Below are positions 62,410 through 64,000 of a stretch of DNA of 64,000 bases, in pieces. This stretch comes from a virus. Taxonomy: Duplodnaviria; Caudoviricetes. Position 1 is the first letter of the stretch. Each line of letters opens with the position of its first letter. Location: positions 32,175 through 96,174 of IMG/VR virus record IMGVR_UViG_3300033068_000963; one strand, given 5' to 3'. The notes below the pieces were generated by a model, which did no database searches, was not told where the DNA came from, and saw only the letters and a list, made by a program, of their open reading frames with translations. The position numbers and the translations under genes are program-made.

Positions 62410-62738
62410 TCGAAGACTCCCGGCTCGCGCCCGACAGAGTCGAAGTGGTAGGCGACGCCGGCCTCATCATCGTCACCCTTCGCGCGCTCGTTCGCCTCAT
62501 CCCAGTCAAACGTCATGGCCTCCCCGCGCAGCAATTCGCCAGCCATCCGCCCGACTTCCCGCTGGAACATCAGCTGGGGCACGCCGTCTTCGCCTTGCTC
62601 TGCGATGAGGTCGCGCATGTACTTTTTGGCGGCCCCGCGCGCGGCGGCCTTGAGCGTGAAGTATCGCCGACCGCCGCCGCTGTAGACGACCGCAATCTCC
62701 TGCGAGATGACGGCGCGGTTGAAGGTGGACCCGCTCAT
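62406..62738 (-). CDS. Hypothetical early protein
   Basis: GRRYFTLKAAAR motif. Confidence 0.55.
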   Translation of the reverse strand: MSGSTFNRAVISQEIAVVYSGGGRRYFTLKAAARGAAKKYMRDLIAEQGEDGVPQLMFQREVGRMAGELLRGEAMTFDWDEANERAKGDDDEAGVAYHFDSVGREPGVFD

Positions 62739-62983
62739 ATTGGCGACACTCCTAACCGGAGGAGCGCGGCGCGCGCTGTGCCCGTGGGCGGCCCGCGTTC
62801 GTCGGCAGCGGCAATCGAGCGCAGCACCTCGATGGCGTAGGCGAGCGCCGGATCGGTTGCTAGATAGGCTTTGACAGCTTTCTCGACGCCAAGGCGATTG
62901 ATTTGCTCGTGTGCGCCGGTAGCGATCTCGTCATAGGCGTCTTCTGCCGAGATCAACGCCGTCTGGCTAATCAGGAAAGTCAT
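62735..62983 (-). CDS. Hypothetical early protein
   Basis: Start MTFLISQT; ATGA-coupled. Confidence 0.5.
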   Translation of the reverse strand: MTFLISQTALISAEDAYDEIATGAHEQINRLGVEKAVKAYLATDPALAYAIEVLRSIAAADERGPPTGTARAALLRLGVSPI

Positions 62984-63327
62984 TGTCCGTTCGTCACCGC
63001 CGGTTCGTCGGCGATGCTCCCTGTTGAGTGAAGGGCGACCACAAATCGCCGGGCGGCGTTGTGGAGGTTGCGGGCCTCGACGCTCATGTCGGCCGTCGAG
63101 GCCGCGTCGGAGACGGGGAAGCCGTAGGTTTCCAGGGCGCGGAGAAGCCCGGACCCTGCGATGTGGATGGCCCGCGACCGCTCGCGCTCGGTATCCAGCG
63201 CCCGGTTGATCTCCCGCAGGAAGGCGCACCAAGTCGCCCAGCTGAATTGATTGCCGACAGAGGCGATCTTCTCGATCCACCGAGCCAGTTGCGGGTGACG
63301 CTCAAGGGGTTGGACATCGGTCATCAT
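62980..63327 (-). CDS. Hypothetical early protein
   Basis: Start MMTDVQP; ATGA-coupled. Confidence 0.5.
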   Translation of the reverse strand: MMTDVQPLERHPQLARWIEKIASVGNQFSWATWCAFLREINRALDTERERSRAIHIAGSGLLRALETYGFPVSDAASTADMSVEARNLHNAARRFVVALHSTGSIADEPAVTNGQ

Positions 63328-63518
63328 TCCGGTTGCCCCTGCTGCCACTGGCCCTCGGCGCGACACCACGCGTCGGCGCACTCCTGGCAGAGGTCTTCGC
63401 CGTCCAGATTGGTGACGCGCACCCGGTCATCGTGGTTGACGCAGCCGGGGGGCATGACCTCGTGTTCGTCATCCAGGAAGACGTTCAGAATGGGGATGTG
63501 GAGTTCGTCGCTCACCAC
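63324..63518 (-). CDS. Small Cys/His protein; paralogue of 18340-18531
   Basis: LHIPILN.FLDDEHEVMPPGCVNHDDR.RVTNLDGE.LCQECAD.WCRAEGQWQQGQPE. Confidence 0.75.
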   Translation of the reverse strand: MVSDELHIPILNVFLDDEHEVMPPGCVNHDDRVRVTNLDGEDLCQECADAWCRAEGQWQQGQPE

Positions 63519-63928
63519 GGCTCTCCCGTGCTGTCAGCCTCGCGCGCCATCTCGCGCCGGGCCTCGTATTGCCGCTCGGCGGCTTCATCGGCGCGGGCGT
63601 CCTCGACCCCAGCGGCCTCTTGGATCATCGCCTCGAGGTGGCGCTCGCTGCCTTCGATCTTCTCGATGCAGTCGGTCGCGAACTCGTCGTCCTCGTTGGC
63701 GATGTAGCCGTGGTACATGCCCCAGGGGCGGGGCTTGCCCTCGACCTTCTCAAGCCGGATGTCCTCGACCTCGGATGGGCTGCCAGGGTCGTAGCCCTCG
63801 GGCGCCCCGAAGCGTCCGGTCTCGGCCGAACCCCAGGCGACCGTGTAGGAAACCTCGACATCGACCTCGGCGGTCGGCTCATCGCCACCCCAGGAAAGGG
63901 TCGTGGCGTAGGTGTAGCGGCGGGCCAT
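63512..63928 (-). CDS. Hypothetical early protein; paralogue of 19361-19702
   Basis: MARRYTY...VEVSYTVAWGS.ETG..G.PEGYDPG. Confidence 0.75.
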   Translation of the reverse strand: MARRYTYATTLSWGGDEPTAEVDVEVSYTVAWGSAETGRFGAPEGYDPGSPSEVEDIRLEKVEGKPRPWGMYHGYIANEDDEFATDCIEKIEGSERHLEAMIQEAAGVEDARADEAAERQYEARREMAREADSTGEPW

Positions 63929-64000
63929 CACTCCCACCCCGCGCTCAGGCCGTGGTGGGGCGTGAAGGTGTACTTCTTGCCGTTGGTGGGGTTCCAGAGG
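63924..64000. repeat. 77-bp direct repeat, copy 2 (3' end of a second copy of gene 19702-19893; truncated by the window)
   Basis: Identical to 19698-19774. Confidence 0.95.

Larger units (their letters stand above)
19698..63923. mobile_element. Phage unit B: apparently complete temperate podovirus-like genome unit (44,226 bp)
   Basis: Switch, replication, packaging, head, tail, lysis, attP/int and early operon, bounded by the 77-bp repeat. Confidence 0.8.

Noticed and set aside
1-64000. CRISPR array, reverse transcriptase/DGR/retron, IS transposase
   Set aside because: No regularly spaced repeats, and no RT or DDE motifs seen in the ORF track

Overview
High-GC (~two-thirds) phage DNA with no recognisable host genes. 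The tRNA-derived att core and gene content suggest an alphaproteobacterial, probably Caulobacteraceae-like, host (inference). The window holds two different podovirus-type virion/lysis modules. Module A (1-18.1 kb): P22-gp5-type coat, glycosyltransferase, adaptor, nozzle, three ejection proteins, SGNH tailspike, M15 endolysin and spanins, followed by a short leftward early operon (18.1-19.9 kb). Unit B (19.7-63.9 kb): cI/cro switch, DNA methyltransferase, DUF1376 replication genes, late regulator, split terminase, portal, GroES, capsid, P22-gp10-like nozzle, ejection proteins, beta-helix tailspike, lysis cassette, an attP-like site (tRNA-Asn-like 3' end with repeats on both sides), tyrosine integrase, and a long leftward early operon (Rad52/Sak, NinB, HNH, two XF1762-like genes). 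The last 77 nt of the window are identical to 19698-19774, defining a 44,226-bp unit. Top find: a ~195-nt minus-strand RNA inside B's lysis cassette (49063-49256). It reads as a circularly permuted tRNA-Thr(CGT), with its 3' part and CCA placed before its 5' part, nested inside a second anticodon-less tRNA-like shell. Other finds: a tRNA-sized cloverleaf with 9-bp flanking direct repeats at the junction of the split terminase, SieA-position antisense membrane genes in both modules, and several conserved structured non-coding blocks. All protein calls come from motif and synteny recognition; no database search was run.
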